A DNA stretch of 64,000 bases from Utricularia gibba (taxonomy: Eukaryota > Plantae > Magnoliophyta): assembly GCA_002189035.1 (NCBI GenBank), contig NEEC01000010.1, positions 2,728,001 through 2,792,000 of the forward strand. Direction: 5' to 3'. The position numbers and the translations under genes were made by a program. The first letter of the stretch is position 1. Each line of letters opens with the position of its first letter. Below the pieces are notes generated by a model. That model searched no databases, had not been told where the DNA came from, and saw nothing but the letters and a program-made list of their open reading frames with translations. Of the stretch, positions 1-13,569 are shown piece after piece.

Positions 1-3000
1 GACCATGTAAGTCTGATCACTAAGGAAGAATTTGGCTGATGAGAATAGAATAAAAAAAATATTTAATATTTAGTTTTGTAGATATTATTTAGTTAATGGT
101 ATTACTTAAAATAAATAAAAATGTGAGCTTAAATAATCCCATGTACATAGAATTCAAAAAAATCTAATAATTTCAAGTTTATTTAAGCCCAAAAAGTAAA
201 TATCCCATAATTTATAATCTTACCGTTGAATCCATCTAATCGCGTCAATCAAAAAATAGCTAAGGAATATTAATTAGGTCTGAAATGAGACCCCTGGAGG
301 GACCGGATGAGCATGGACCAGTATTCAACATTCGAAAAAATTTGATCCAAAATCAGAAATTCGGAGATATTTTCTTTTTTGAAGAAAAAATTATGTGAAA
401 TTTAAAACATTGGTATGCACAAATGAACCACCAATAATAATGATGTTGTCTGAAAAATTGTGTTGTTATGCGCATCAAGTCGGTTTCTTTGTACGTGTGG
501 GGTACTAGACATTTGCTCCAAGACTACTAATTCAAATTCCAACCAAGTCCCTATCCCCTTCACATTCACAACATCAATTCTAATGAATCCAATTAAAAAA
601 AAGATACATTTTATAATCTATTTTAATAATTAAATGTATTTTTATTAGGGTAGTTCCATATTTCTGACAATATCTCATATAGATTACAGGTTGAGGAGGG
701 GAGGTACTTAAAATAGATTTTTTTAATTTTTAAAATTAAAAAGAAATAACATAAAATCGTAAGAATTGAATACTTAAAATGAATAATATTATGTAAATAT
801 AATATGATACTTTTATTGTTTTTTTGGCTTTTGAGAAATGTAAGGCAAGTTCGATCATGTGGGAAAACGGCATCACTGTAACACGAAAAAAATCATTATT
901 TTTTTTTTCACATTTCAAAGTGATCCCAAGTGATGGTAAGGTGTGAAGAAGTTTGATTGGAAAAGTGGACGGGGGGGCTTGTGTGGGTCTTGAGCATTAA
1001 ATGCGTGGATCCAAATGTCTATTCCGAGAATATGTCATGGAATGAGACATGAGGAATTGTTCAATGGAGAAGAAACAGCCCATCTGATCGTTGGCGGTCT
1101 CAGACTTGATTGTCGTCGTGCGCTTGCTCAGCCCCCACAAATTTGACTCACTCCTCTTCCATCGCCATCCCTCACATATGCTGCTTTCTCTCTTCCTTCC
1201 TTCCAACACATAACCCAGTGAAAAATGGCAACCGGTGGCTAAAAGCTGATGAAACTTTGTGAGTTGCATGAGTTAATATTAGTTTCATATTAGAACAAAT
1301 AATTCATCATTTGAAATTGAAATATTTAAATATATAAAAGATTATAAATTATTAGTAATTGATTGATCTAATATTTTATAATATAATTTATGTTTTTTGT
1401 GTATTTAAGTTTCATGTGTACATGTCTGATTTATTGAATTCTTAATTTTAACATGATATCATAGCACTTAATTTATGACACGACTTGGATGGTCAAGATA
1501 GATTTTGTATTAGTATGTGAATTTTAATTAAAAAACAAAAAAGGATATGCATTAGGTTTAGATGATAAATACTAGATCGATTTATAATGAAGATACCATA
1601 TATAATCATAGAAAAAAATAAGTCTTAATCAGATTAAAAATCAATTCGATTTGAGAATATATAATCTATATTTCTTGAATACTTAGATTTCATATGTATT
1701 CATATGACCTATTGAATCTTTAATTTCAATAAATCAATCGATACTTGATTCCTTGTTCTCCTTATCTATCCAATCTAGATAGGAAGGGAGAAGCAAGAGA
1801 GAATGATGGAATCAACAGTTCAGGTACACCAAATCATGCATGTGAGTTCACTTTGAAAAAGGAATAAATTCCAATCCAGGGATTGTGTATCAGGTTACTT
1901 CTTACTGGGAGGTAGAACGGGTAGGCTTCAATCATGCATACTTAGGTGACACGTACCTGTCAGCAAATCAATTCCTGAAAACAACTGAAGCTTCACTGAA
2001 AGGGGTTTTGGGCCAACTCTGAATACATAGAACAGGAGGAGCACCACCCACCAGCTGCCGGTCTTTTCTTTATTACATGACTATGACCTATTTTTCTTAT
2101 TAAATTTGGACATTCTGATTGATGATTCTCTCTATTACATTATCCTCTGTGTTCCTCAAAAACTGCGTTGCTCGAACGCTAATGGCGGGTGCATGGGAGT
2201 GCTGCAAAAAATGCTGTCTCAGAGGAGCAGTACATTTGGGTGTGAAAATATTTGGGCCTGCATGAGTCATTTATGGGCCCCGCCCATTGGACACGATGTT
2301 GCGTATGAGCCCAAATGAAAAACTCTTCTATCAATCAGTATTTCAACATCCAAAAACCAAAAAAAAAAAATTCCAACAAGCTTTTATTTTTTTCTTATGA
2401 ATATATAATACCATTTTTAGTTATAGGAGATATTTTTATTTTCATATAGTGTCTTATTTACATGGGTGTTTTTTTGTTGAGAAGAAAATAATTTTTGATG
2501 ATATTTTATAAATGAAAATTAAATTTTTTTATGACTAAGAGCCATTTTTTATATTAGTAAATTATGGATAATTTGTATTTTTGTATTTAAAAACAAAGAA
2601 TAAAACATGTCATCCAAAATAGCCTGGGGAAAGCAAAATGTTTTTCTAGGCCGAATTGCTTTTTTTGGAAACGGAAAATTAGAGAGAGAAACGACAAAAA
2701 CTTACGTTTCTTCTTCTTGGTCTTCTTCTTCGGTCCTTCTCCTGTCTGCCCATTTCTCTTCTTCTCCTGTTTCGGAAGAGAGACATGGTCGGTAGAAGAA
2801 TCGCAAATACCAACGAGATTGTTTTTGTTTAGGGAGGATACGGTTTTGCGCACGTTAGTTTTCGTTCATTTTTGTTGTTGAATTGAAAGGAAGGGTGACG
2901 TACGGACGGCCAACAACATTCTTTCTTAACCGAACTGTTGCTGCAAATCGTGTACGAGAGACGCAACATTAATGTCAATGTTCGGATAGTTTATTTCCAA

Positions 3001-3106
3001 GGCAATGCCTTGAGATTTTTTTTTTTCTTGATGACAGAAACCTGGCGATATACTTATACTTGTTCCTTGGTGGAATGAAACTGGCTGGCCTCCACCATTG
3101 GCCAGA

Positions 3107-6100
3107 ATGGTTCAACCAACGATTAGAATGAAATCTTCTTGTTTCCTGTTTCTTATTTTTGCTCTAGAGGTTCAGGGATGCTGGTCACTTAATTCTGAAG
3201 GTAACCAACTTTATTACAATGGGATTTGTTGTTCAGGGTGAGTTGTATTTGAAGGGTAGTTTTTGTTGATAAAATTAAACTTACGTGCGTTTTGGAAAAT
3301 GTAAAAACATAGGATGGTTTATGACGGTTGAGCCCCTGTCCTCTAGTTGAATGTATTTCTGAAAATTCGAATCAAAATGCAGGATTAGCTTTGTTGAAGT
3401 TCAGAGAGAAAGTGGAGTCTGATCCTTCTGGGGCTGTAGCAAACTGGAATGCTGATGACCAGGGCCCCTGCAAGTGGCATGGTATCTATTGTGAAGATGG
3501 TAGAGTAGTTATGGTGTATGTATTTCCATCTCCACTTCAGTTTTTCGCAAGTTACTGGTGATCATGTACAATTTTTAACTCGTACAAAACTTCCACTTAT
3601 CATTTAGAAATCTCAAAGGATATGCTTTGGAAGGAATCTTGGCACCAGAGCTTGGAAATTTAAGTGACTTGAGATACCTGTGAGAATCACCTTCCATTCT
3701 GTTGTCTTCTCTGCGTGGAAAAGTTTAGATTCATCAAGATTTATGAATTCTGAAAGCAGTGACCTTTCTAAGAACCATCTATCGGGCACGATACCTCTGG
3801 AGCTAGGCAAGCTTTCTGCTTTGGAAGTGTTGGACTTGAGGGGAAATAACCTGAGTGGAAGTGTTCCTGCAGAATTAGGCAGACTGCACTCTCTAAAACA
3901 ATTGTAAGTAATCATCGTGCTAGAACTAATGTTTTTATCAACAATCTTACCCCACATCATGTTCTAGGTTGCTCTGCAACAACAGATTCGAGGGTAAATT
4001 TCCAATGGAGATCAAGAAGCATTGTCTGCTATCAGATTTTCGATATGACATTGGTTCTAGTACCAATGCTGTTGCTGAGATTGGTTGTGTAAATAGGAAA
4101 TTTGGGCACTGGTAAAGAAGTCTTCTTGACGTAACATATGTTGGTGATTATTTTTGGAACTTGTCACTTATGACTGATGACGCTTTCTTGTGGTTTTAAT
4201 TGTCTTCTTCAAAATCTTCTAGTGATAATCTGCTTTTCTGAGCAGCATCTTACAGAGGGTGAAGAGATTGAAGACAGAGTACTCCGTTCCAACAAAAAGG
4301 AGCAATGTTCGTTACCTTGAGCTTCTTCCAGAGTAAGCTACACGTCTGATTGCATTGCCAATCTTTCTGCAGGTGACTTACTGCAAATGTTTCACAATCA
4401 TTCAAAGGTTCAGGCATGGAATCCAGTTACTGGATAATCGAGCCGATGATTGCTGCATCAATCTAGTTCTTGAGGAGAAGGAGGCAGATGATATAGACAA
4501 CAAGCACAAGCAAGTGAGAAGCTTGCGCCGTATACTAATAGCCGACCAATTCCGAAACCTCATTGCTCTCCCTCCTTCTACCACAGCCCCTTGGGCGTCT
4601 CAAACAAATGCTTCTCTTCTGAGCAAAAGCAGTGGCTCATTTCCTGCTGTACCAAATCCGAGCAATGTGTCATATAATTCTCCAACTACAACAATCTCAT
4701 CATCTAAAGCAAATATGCACCATGGGGCAAGTCATGGGGTTGCTGACAATGATTCATCTGATGCTGAGATTTCTTGGGGTTCACTAAAGCTTGTGATCGG
4801 ATTATCGGGTGTGATTTTAGTATTGAGTGTCATAGCTCTTTCATTTTTCATCATCAGAAGCAGATCAACAAGACCACTTGGCTCGTGGAGTACTGGGTTA
4901 AGTGGCCAGTTAAGGAAGGCTTTTGTCACAGGTAAACTGAAAAGCTTTCTCTTCAACTACTCATACACTGTTTTACTCAAAAAAGTTGTGTTTCTTGAGT
5001 TCATAGGTGTGCCAAAGTTAAACAGAGGAGAGCTTGAAACAGCCTGCGAGGATTTCAGCAACATAATCTTCACTCTTGATGGCATTGCAACTTTGTACAA
5101 GGGAACCTTGTCTAGTGGAGTAGAGATTGCTGTTGTATCCACGGCCATAACATCCTTGAAAGAATGGTCCAACCGAGCTGAATTAGCGTTCAGAAAAAAG
5201 GTTCATATTTCTGAAAATCCATGTTTGCTATGCTCATCCTTGAATCACTTCTTTTGCTTCAGATTGACACCCTGTCCCGTGTCAACCACAAGAATTTTGT
5301 CAATCTCATCGGCTTCTGCGTGGAGAATGGACCATTCACCAGGATGATGGTTTTCGAGTACGCTCCTAATGGGACCCTCTTCGAACATATACATGGTAAG
5401 GTATTTCACTCATTCCTTTCTTTCAACCAAGCACAACAAATGATGGTGCCTAATTCTTTGGTTGCTGTAGTCAAAGAAGTAGAAGACCTGGACTGGGATG
5501 CAAGGATGAGAATAATCATGGGAACTGCTTATTGCCTTCAACACATGCATCAACTAAATCCACCAGTGGTGCATGCCAACTTAACATCAAAAGAAATATT
5601 TCTGACAGATGATTATGCCGCCAAGGTCTTGCTTGCTCTATCAGCCTCAACTCATTTCACTTCCCAGTTGCCACCTGTAGCTCTAAGTTCATCAACCTCT
5701 TTTGTGCAGATTGTTGATGTTTCCGTGTGGGCGGATGTTGTAGCCAAGTCACAAAACAAAGCAGACCTTGAATCAGAAAACTCGGAGTTGCCTCCCATGG
5801 CCGATGTAGATGCCAACACTTACAGCTTCGGAATCATGGCACTAGAAGTTATCACTGGGAGACTCCCTAACTCTGGGGGAGGACAAGGAAGCCTTCTAAA
5901 CTGGGTATGATAAAAGCATTCCAAATCCTTATGCTGCTAACAGTCAATGTCCATGAGCACAAAAGGTTCCCTGGTCTTGTAGGCTCGTGAGTACATGAAG
6001 GACAGGACGAGGGTGAAGGAAATGATTGATCCAAGCCTGAAATCATTCAAAGAAGAAGATGCTTATGACTTATGTGAAGTGATACAAAGTTGCACCGAAG

Positions 6101-6243
6101 AAGATGCAAGAAAAAGATGCACGATTCAGGAAGCGTGCGAGAGGCTAAGGCTAATACTCAACATATCACCTGAAGCAGCAATGCCTAGATCTTCCCCTTT
6201 GTGGTGGGCTGAGCTTGAGATCTTGTCATCAGAAGCAGCTTGA
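3107..6243 (+). CDS. MDIS: LRR receptor-like (pseudo)kinase of the MALE DISCOVERER (MDIS1/MDIS2/MRH1) family, multi-exon
   Basis: Spliced by eye with GT-AG introns. Signal peptide MVQPTIRMKSSCFLFLIFALEVQGCWSLNSEG, then LRRNT (WNADDQGPCKWHGIYC), LxxNxLSGxIP LRRs, a TM helix and WxTGLSGQLxKAFVTGVPKL. The kinase lacks HRD/DFG (HAN/DVS). It ends with the family-typical SPLWWAELEILSSEAA*. Which paralogue it is remains unresolved. Confidence 0.9.
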
Positions 6244-6823
6244 TTTTCTGAAAATTATCCCACATCGAAAAATGACATGTATATCAACTATAAAAGGGTT
6301 CAAATAACTTAATTTTTTTATTATTTCTGTTGTAACAGAAATAACGATATTTCTTATTAATTTTTTCGTTTAATTACAAATTAAGCATTCAAATTATAAA
6401 ATGAATATTATAATGTATAAATAGTAAAATAGCATGTAAGAATAATTCATTGCCAATTGAGATACAAACAGTTAATAGAAGGGGACATGACGTAGCATCC
6501 AAATTTGGCAGCCTTTACAGGGGTATTTCGGACATAAACGGAAAGGCCAACGGTCCAAATATCAATTTCGAACTCTGAATTCATTCTCTGCTTGCTTTTC
6601 TATTCTTCTTTTCAAAAAAATCTGAGTTGTTCATGCGTCATTCAGGGGGGAATGCATTAATGGTTGCCCTCCGCCACCCTGCTTTTTTTTCCTTTTCCTG
6701 ATTTTGCGTTGTTTGAAGGCGAGGGAACGTGTTGTTATTTGCTTTTCATTCCATCGTGTGGTGTTCTTGCCGATTTAGTGTTTCCCCTTCACTGAAAATT
6801 TGAGACAAAGTTTGTAGTCTGAT

Positions 6824-9638
6824 ATGGCGGCGGCACCAAAACCAGAAGAATTAAACCACCCGCCAATGGAGCAACTTCAAGAATTAGAATACTGCATTAA
6901 TTCAAATCCTTCTTGGGTGTGTATGATAGTTGTTGATTTTGCTGTATCTTGTTTCGTGTAATGAATTCATCTGTTCAGTTTTAATGGTTTCTTAATGTGG
7001 TACAGCGGAGGCAATAGCTCTTGGATTTCAATATTATGTTTTAGCACTGGGAACTGCGGTGATGATCCCTTCCTTTTCAGTTCCGTTGATGGGTGGAAAT
7101 GATGTAAGTTAGTAAATTTTTGGTATTTTATTTGGTATGCGGGGTGCTTGGATTTGAAATTTTTTATCGACCACGTTCATCAAGAGTGTTCATTGAATTT
7201 TTGGATAACGGTGCTTTTATGTGTTGTTCGTGATCAGAAAGACAAGGTCGTAGTGTTCCAGACATTGCTATTTGTTGAAGGGATAAATACACTGATTCAG
7301 ACATTGTTTGGCACTAGACTGCCTATTGTTATTGGAGGATCATGGGCGTTCGTGATTCCCATAATTTCGATCATCCATGACCCTTCTTTGCAGGAAATCA
7401 CCGACCCTCAAATGGTAAGTAGTGTCAAATTTCCATCAGAACATTTCAAGAAAATAAATATGATAGGAGTAGAATTGGTAATGTACTTTTTCTAGTGTTT
7501 TCAACACCATTTCATCACCTTATAGTTGTTTTTATGTACATTTATGCAGAGGTTTAGGAGGACAATGCAAACAATACAAGGTGCGCTGATAGCAGCATCA
7601 AGTTTTCAAATAATTTTGGGTTACAGTCAGTTATGGGCCATATGCTCCAGGTACGAACATCCTTTGAGTTGGATTAAGATTTACATATGATAATGATGCT
7701 GATGAATGAATGAATGAATGAATGAAAGGAATCAGTGAACTTGTCCAAAGACAACGCACAAATGTATCTTGAATGTATCTCGCAGGTTTTTCAGTCCACT
7801 TGGAATGGTTCCGGTGATTTCATTGGTAGGTTTTGGCCTCATGGATAAGGGCTTCCCTGTGGTAAGTTGAAAACTGAGTCCTATATGTTGAATATATTGG
7901 ATTACATCAGGAAACTATGTTTGCTAACTCTGAGTTTCTCATGGAATCATCATCAGGTAGGACGATGCATGGAAACTGGTATTCCAATGCTTATCATATT
8001 CATTATGTTGTCCCAGGTAGTGTTAGTGAACGTAATTGCTTTGCCCTTAACAACATGAAACTATTGGTTATGAACTCACCATCCTCATGCCTACTTTTAT
8101 TTGGCAGTATCTCAAGTTTTTCCAGTTGAGAAAATTCCCCATACTCCAGAGATTTGCTCTTCTCATTGCAGTTGCTATCGTATGGGCTTATGCACAGCTC
8201 TTAACATCAAGCGGTGCATACAAACACCGTCCTGAGCTGACGCAGAGAAGCTGCTGCACAAATAAAGCTCATCTCATTTCATCTGCGCCATGGTAGACCA
8301 ATCTTTCAGTTTTCTCTCCTTTTGTCCATGAAATTATGGTTAATATTTATGATCCACTAAAATTAGGATTAGAGTTCCGTATCCATTTCAGTGGGGTGCA
8401 CCTAAATTCACTGGTGGCCATGCATTCGGAATGTTGTCTGCTGTGATAGTATCTGTGATCGAGGTAATGATAATTGAGTCAAAGATTCCATGTGCGTTTT
8501 TCATAACCTTGGAACATCTCAAGTTCTTCTAGTGCAGTCAACTGGATCATATTATGCTGCATCTCGTTTTGCAAGTGCCACAACGCCACCTTCTCATGTT
8601 CTTAGCCGTGGAATCGGGTGGCAGGTTCATAATTCTAAGGCATCAAGCATCACTTTGTATTCAAAGCCAAGCGTTATATCTTCTGACATTCACAACATTT
8701 TTTCTTATTTGCACAGGGCATTGGCATCCTTTTGGATGGACTATTTGGAACCTCTACAGGCTCTACAGTTTCAGTGTAAATTCTGCTTTACCTTGGAATG
8801 AATGCAAGACAATTCTGGTTTACAGCTTAATGGAACGGCATGTTCTTGAAATCAGGGAATGTATTGGTCTTCTTGGAAGTACTGGCGTTGGCAGTCGACG
8901 GGTGATTCAAATTTCTGCCGTTTTTATGATCTTCTTCTCCATCTTAGGTAGTTAATGATATCTGAATCACATCCGTTTGAAGGAAACCGTGTTGACCAGC
9001 ATCATGACCTGTTTTGCGTTCCATAGGAAAATTTGGAGCATTTTTTGCATCCGTGCCCTTCACTATATTTGCTGCTGTGTACTGCGTGATGTTCGGCCTC
9101 GTTGGTACTTACTGTTTACATTACACAGCGACCAGCTCCTTCTGCTGATACTAAGATAGTGGTTTTTTATTTTTTTTCAGCTTCTCTGGGGCTTTCATTT
9201 CTACAGTTCACCAACATGAACTCAATGAGGAACCTTTTCATCACTGGTGTCTCTCTTTTTCTCGGTCTTTCTATCCCTCAATACTTTAGGGAGTACACGA
9301 TGACTGCATTTCATGGCCCGGCTCATACAAGAGCTGGATGGGTGAGCGAGCCTAGCCAATGATCGAGGTAACAACCTTAGGTGAATGTGTTAACTTATAA
9401 TTGTTTTTTTGTTCTCCTGTTGCAGTTCAACGACTTCCTAAACACAGTGTTCACTTCCTCCCCAACTGTTGCATTGATTGTCGCTGTGATCCTCGATAAC
9501 ACGCTGGAGGTTAAGGACCGTGCCAATGACAGGGGAATGCCATGGTGGGTCAAGTTCAGATGTTTCAAAGCAGACAGCAGAAATGAGGAATTCTACTCCC
9601 TTCCTTTCAACCTTGATAGATTCTTCCCTCCATCTTGA
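6824..9638 (+). CDS. NAT: Nucleobase-ascorbate transporter (NAT1/NAT2-like), many short exons
   Basis: N-terminus MAAAPKPEELNHPPMEQLQELEYCINSNPSW, exons QTLLFVEGINTLIQTLFGTRLP, STGSYYAASRFASATTPPSHVLSRGIGWQ and GSRRVIQISAVFMIFFSILGKFGA, and C-terminus DSRNEEFYSLPFNLDRFFPPS*. The exon1/2 junction is slightly ambiguous. Confidence 0.93.
7703..7726 (+). repeat. (TGAA)6 microsatellite in a NAT intron
   Basis: Six perfect TGAA units read directly. Confidence 0.9.
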
Positions 9639-11022
9639 TTGCTTAGTGGGAGGTACGCAACCAAAGAGCTAAGTAACAGGGAAACGAGAACAAGAGCTTC
9701 TTCTTGTGGTGCTAAGTGCTTTATTTTCCTCAACAGATTAAGAAACAAATGGAAATGCTCTTGCCTGTAAGCTTCCATTTTCTCAGTCTCACCACCTCCA
9801 AAATCATATTGAATGCGCCACCATGTCGATTTCGAATCTTTAAATGCAATGCCATAGATGTGTAGGCTTGCTACATCATGATTTTTAGGAGGGATGCCTT
9901 GGTTCATAGGTTTCCAAGTCGCTCTTTCCTTTCTGAGAACTTGACTGAGCATTAGCTTATTAATTTGATTTGATAACGCATTAAATGCCAAGGATGCATC
10001 TTTTTGCTTTCATCGAATTGGTGTAGTTACCTGAGGGTTATCTTTAGTTAATTCAGTTCTCTCTATTGTAGTACTTCAACTACAACAAACCTAAAGTAAA
10101 CAATCGAGGAGTATGGTGACTGTCAACATGATTATGAGGGATCTTTTTGTCCTTTTTTCCCATGAATCATAAGAATTCAACTTGAGGTCAATGATCATTC
10201 AATTGGTCCCCATGTTACGATACTCCATAAGAGACTGACGTGTTTTCTTTATGAAAAAACATTTTCTATTACTGGTAACTTTGCAACCCATAGAAGTTTC
10301 ATGAAAGTGGTCCAATGTTGTATATTTGAAGCATCAAATCTGTTCTTAGAAATTAAGGGTAGTGGTTGAAATTGTCTTTGGCACTGATGTTAAGTCTTTG
10401 GTGTTTCAAAAACCTTTCTTTTTGAACCACAAGCTGGAAATGGGGTCCGAATTGTTCCTGGACAGAAGAGGCGTTTATTGGGCAAGATACGCAGAAGAGC
10501 TTTCAAGTCAATATAATTTTGTCCTATTTCTCTCAAATCGATGAAAATAGATACGAGAGAGAGAAAAAAAAACCATTGGTATAAAGTTTGATATTTCAGA
10601 AATTACAATGATGTTGATGCAGAATTACCCCTTTTTTTCCTATTAACTTTTGATAAAAGGATGTTTTTTTTTTCAAGATGCCAGTGTCAGTGAGAGGTTT
10701 TCTGCCGATCCCAATTTGCAATGTCCCTTGTGGCAACTGGCTTTATAGTGTTCCATATATAAAACATTGCTGTAACTTAACTTGGCGTTTTTGGGTTAAT
10801 GGTTTTAGTTGAGAGTAAGTGGATAATGCTTTGGGGCAAAGTCAATTATAAAGTTAAAATTTTTGTTGATATGAACTCGCCAGCGGTGATCGGGATGGAT
10901 TAAAGATGACCCATCTCAGATCCAACACTCGTGTTGGAGATTGCTGTGTAGATATGTGAAATATTTGTTTTTACTTGATCGGCGAGACCATTTTTGAATC
11001 ATAAGTGCAGGAAAGTGAGAAA

Positions 11023-12133
11023 ATGGGCAGCGGCAGAATTCCCGGAAATCTCGATACTGTTATCGAGTTGGGAAACCTTGGGGTTAACGATTCAGATGTC
11101 AAGCCAAATGGGTCGGCACCGGATGGGGCAGCGGTTGGAGATATGAAGACGGAAGAAGAATGCTCTCATGCTTTGATTGATGTCGTTGAAGTGGAAAATA
11201 AGGCGGTGTGTAGGATTTGCCATTTAAGTGGTAAAGAAATCGACCAAAGCGTGGATGAGTTAATGGAGCTCGGCTGCGGATGCAGAGGTGAGCTTGGACT
11301 TTCTCATGTTCAATGTGCAGAAGCATGGTTCAAAGTAAAAGGAAACCTGTGAGTTCCCTTTCAGAATTCATTTATCCTATTCAATTTGCGTTGTTGATCA
11401 GATGCTTGTTGATTCAACTAAGATGTGGATTCCTTTATACCCTGATTTTCAACAAGATGAAACTATAAGTTGCAGGGTAGAATTTTGCTTTCCCAGCTGG
11501 AGAGTAAATTGCTTAAAGGGTTTTGTGAACGGCTTTTTGTTTTTGTAAAGGAGTCTAACAGGTAGATTTGGGAGTAAGAAGACGAAAAGGGGTGTCTGAA
11601 ACAAGTTTTGTGAAAAGAACCTGAGGAAGTTCAGAGAATTTGGAAGTGCATAAAAGTTTAGAAGTTTCTTTGTTACATTCTTAGTTATTGAAATTACGTG
11701 TATTCAGATAACTTGCTGCTTCTCTGAATAGTTGGGTCTGCTTGAAGGGAAATCTTCAGGACAACCCTTCACAAACAAAATTCTTGCACATTACATACAT
11801 ATCTGATGCATCCGTTGTCAATTTACTGAGCCACACAAGACTATATGCTGCTTCAAAATGTAATGTTTCCCTTCTAATGTACTGCTTCTACTTTTGCTTC
11901 AAAGATCCTGTGAAATCTGCGGGGAGACGGCAAGAAACGTTACCGGAACATCACAAGATGGATTCATGGAAGTCTGGAACCATGGACCGAGCAACTCCGG
12001 TGGTACTGGAGTCGAGTCTGGAAGCAACAGCATCCAGAGATGCTTGCAGGGGCAGCATGTGTGCAACTGCCTTATGGCATTTCTGGTTGCTGCATTTGTC
12101 TTTCCCTGGTTTTTCCATCCAAGTATGATCTGA
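11023..12133 (+). CDS. RING-CH (RINGv, C4HC3) zinc-finger protein with a C-terminal hydrophobic segment, 2 coding exons
   Basis: CRICHL...LGCGCRGELGLSHVQCAEAWFKVKGN spliced to LSCEICG, then CNCLMAFLVAAFVFPWFF. The start codon is uncertain and an upstream exon is possible. Confidence 0.88.
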
Positions 12134-13515
12134 TCTGAACCAGATGCCGCAGCCAACAAGTCTTCTTCATTGCCACCAGAGGACTCGTGTGTCTCAAGAA
12201 TTGTATTGTTTATTTGTTGCATCTCTCAGTTGCCACCTTCGTCTGGCTGCTCTGCTCAGCTGCTGGTTGTTCCCGCCGCACAGCTGCAGCAGCACATGCG
12301 CATGTGTACTTGAAATGTTGTACATAAATGCTGAACTTCGTTACTCCATCGATCAACCCCAGAAGCAGAAACAGAGACAAGTTGAAACGCAAATGGAACC
12401 AGGACTTTAAATGATCCCCAGCTGCAGAAAAAAAAATGATGAAAAGGAATACAAATATAAACTGGATACCCTTCCTCAATTAACTCATCACTATTTGTCT
12501 CATTATCAATGATTTTAAATGATCAAAAAATCATAAATAATTTGTATGAAGAGCATCTTATTCAAAAAAATTCAATCCTAATTCAATTCATATCATACAC
12601 AATTTGTTATCCAAAATAAACACGTCTTATTATATGAATCTCATGTTCACTATTTGATGAAAATTGCGTATTTAATCTCCTTTGTGGTGTAGAATACATG
12701 TTAAACTCCAATGTTGGTGATGTTGGATGGAATTAATATTCAATGTTTGTCATATGGTATAGAGTAATGTAACATTTGGAAAAATCACTTCATAATTGAT
12801 TTTAACAGAATTAGAAATTTTAATAGAATGAGAATTGATATATATTTAGAAGTATTTTTTAAAAATGATTCTTATATAATCAATTATATGAGAATTGAAT
12901 TGAATTTAGTAGAATATAATTGGTTTGCAAACGTTACCTTAATCTCAGGTAATTGCATGTGATTCGGCTCAATAAACAACTGAAAAAATTCCAACATCAA
13001 AATAAATCAAAACAATAGAACAAAAATGCTGACTTTTTTTATAGAATTAACGGAGATTTTTTAAGTTAAATACTTAATGAGACGGACGTTACACGCTAAA
13101 CAGGATTAATTAAGCGTTAATAATTAATTGTGTTGACCGCATGTGGTCCCCAGATAGCCCATAGCCTTGTACTACTATTTTTATTATTTTTTTATATGTA
13201 TGAACATGTTGATGCTGTAGATGGGCTCTATTTCAACGGTCAAGATTAAGACCCAGTTCTGCAAACACAACTTACTAAATATGTCAACATTATCCTTGCT
13301 TCCTTCTATTTCATCATAAAACCGCCTACAATCATTTCAAATGTGTAATGACATGGGTTTAATGACAATATTTCACATTGATTACGGACGGGATAAAATA
13401 TAAAAATACTTCTAATGTTATTAAAGATAATCGGTTGAATGGATTAAGTGAAACTATGAACCGCAAATGGAACCATGTATATTATCCACACTAATATTGG
13501 CTTGGTTCTGAAATG

Positions 13516-13569
13516 AAACCCTAGTCCCCAAATCAAAAACGAATGAATTCAACCCTAGATTTAGGGTTT
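13516..13569. promoter_or_regulatory. Cluster of telo-box motifs (AAACCCTA)
   Basis: AAACCCTA at 13516-13523, AACCCTA at 13551-13557 and TAGGGTTT at 13562-13569. No associated gene was identified. Confidence 0.4.

Noticed and set aside
6257-6345. Perfect USE consensus ATCCCACATCG followed by TATAAAA and an 11-bp hairpin (6321-6344), as a possible snRNA gene
   Set aside because: The USE-TATA gap is only 21 nt, shorter than either polymerase spacing. A T7 run follows immediately, and the downstream sequence is AT-rich MDIS 3' UTR with no snRNA similarity.
6910-6925. Possible tenth homopolymer deletion at the NAT exon 1 donor (TGGG GT)
   Set aside because: An alternative donor GTATGA four bases downstream gives an in-frame junction (SWVSEAIALG), so no error needs to be assumed.
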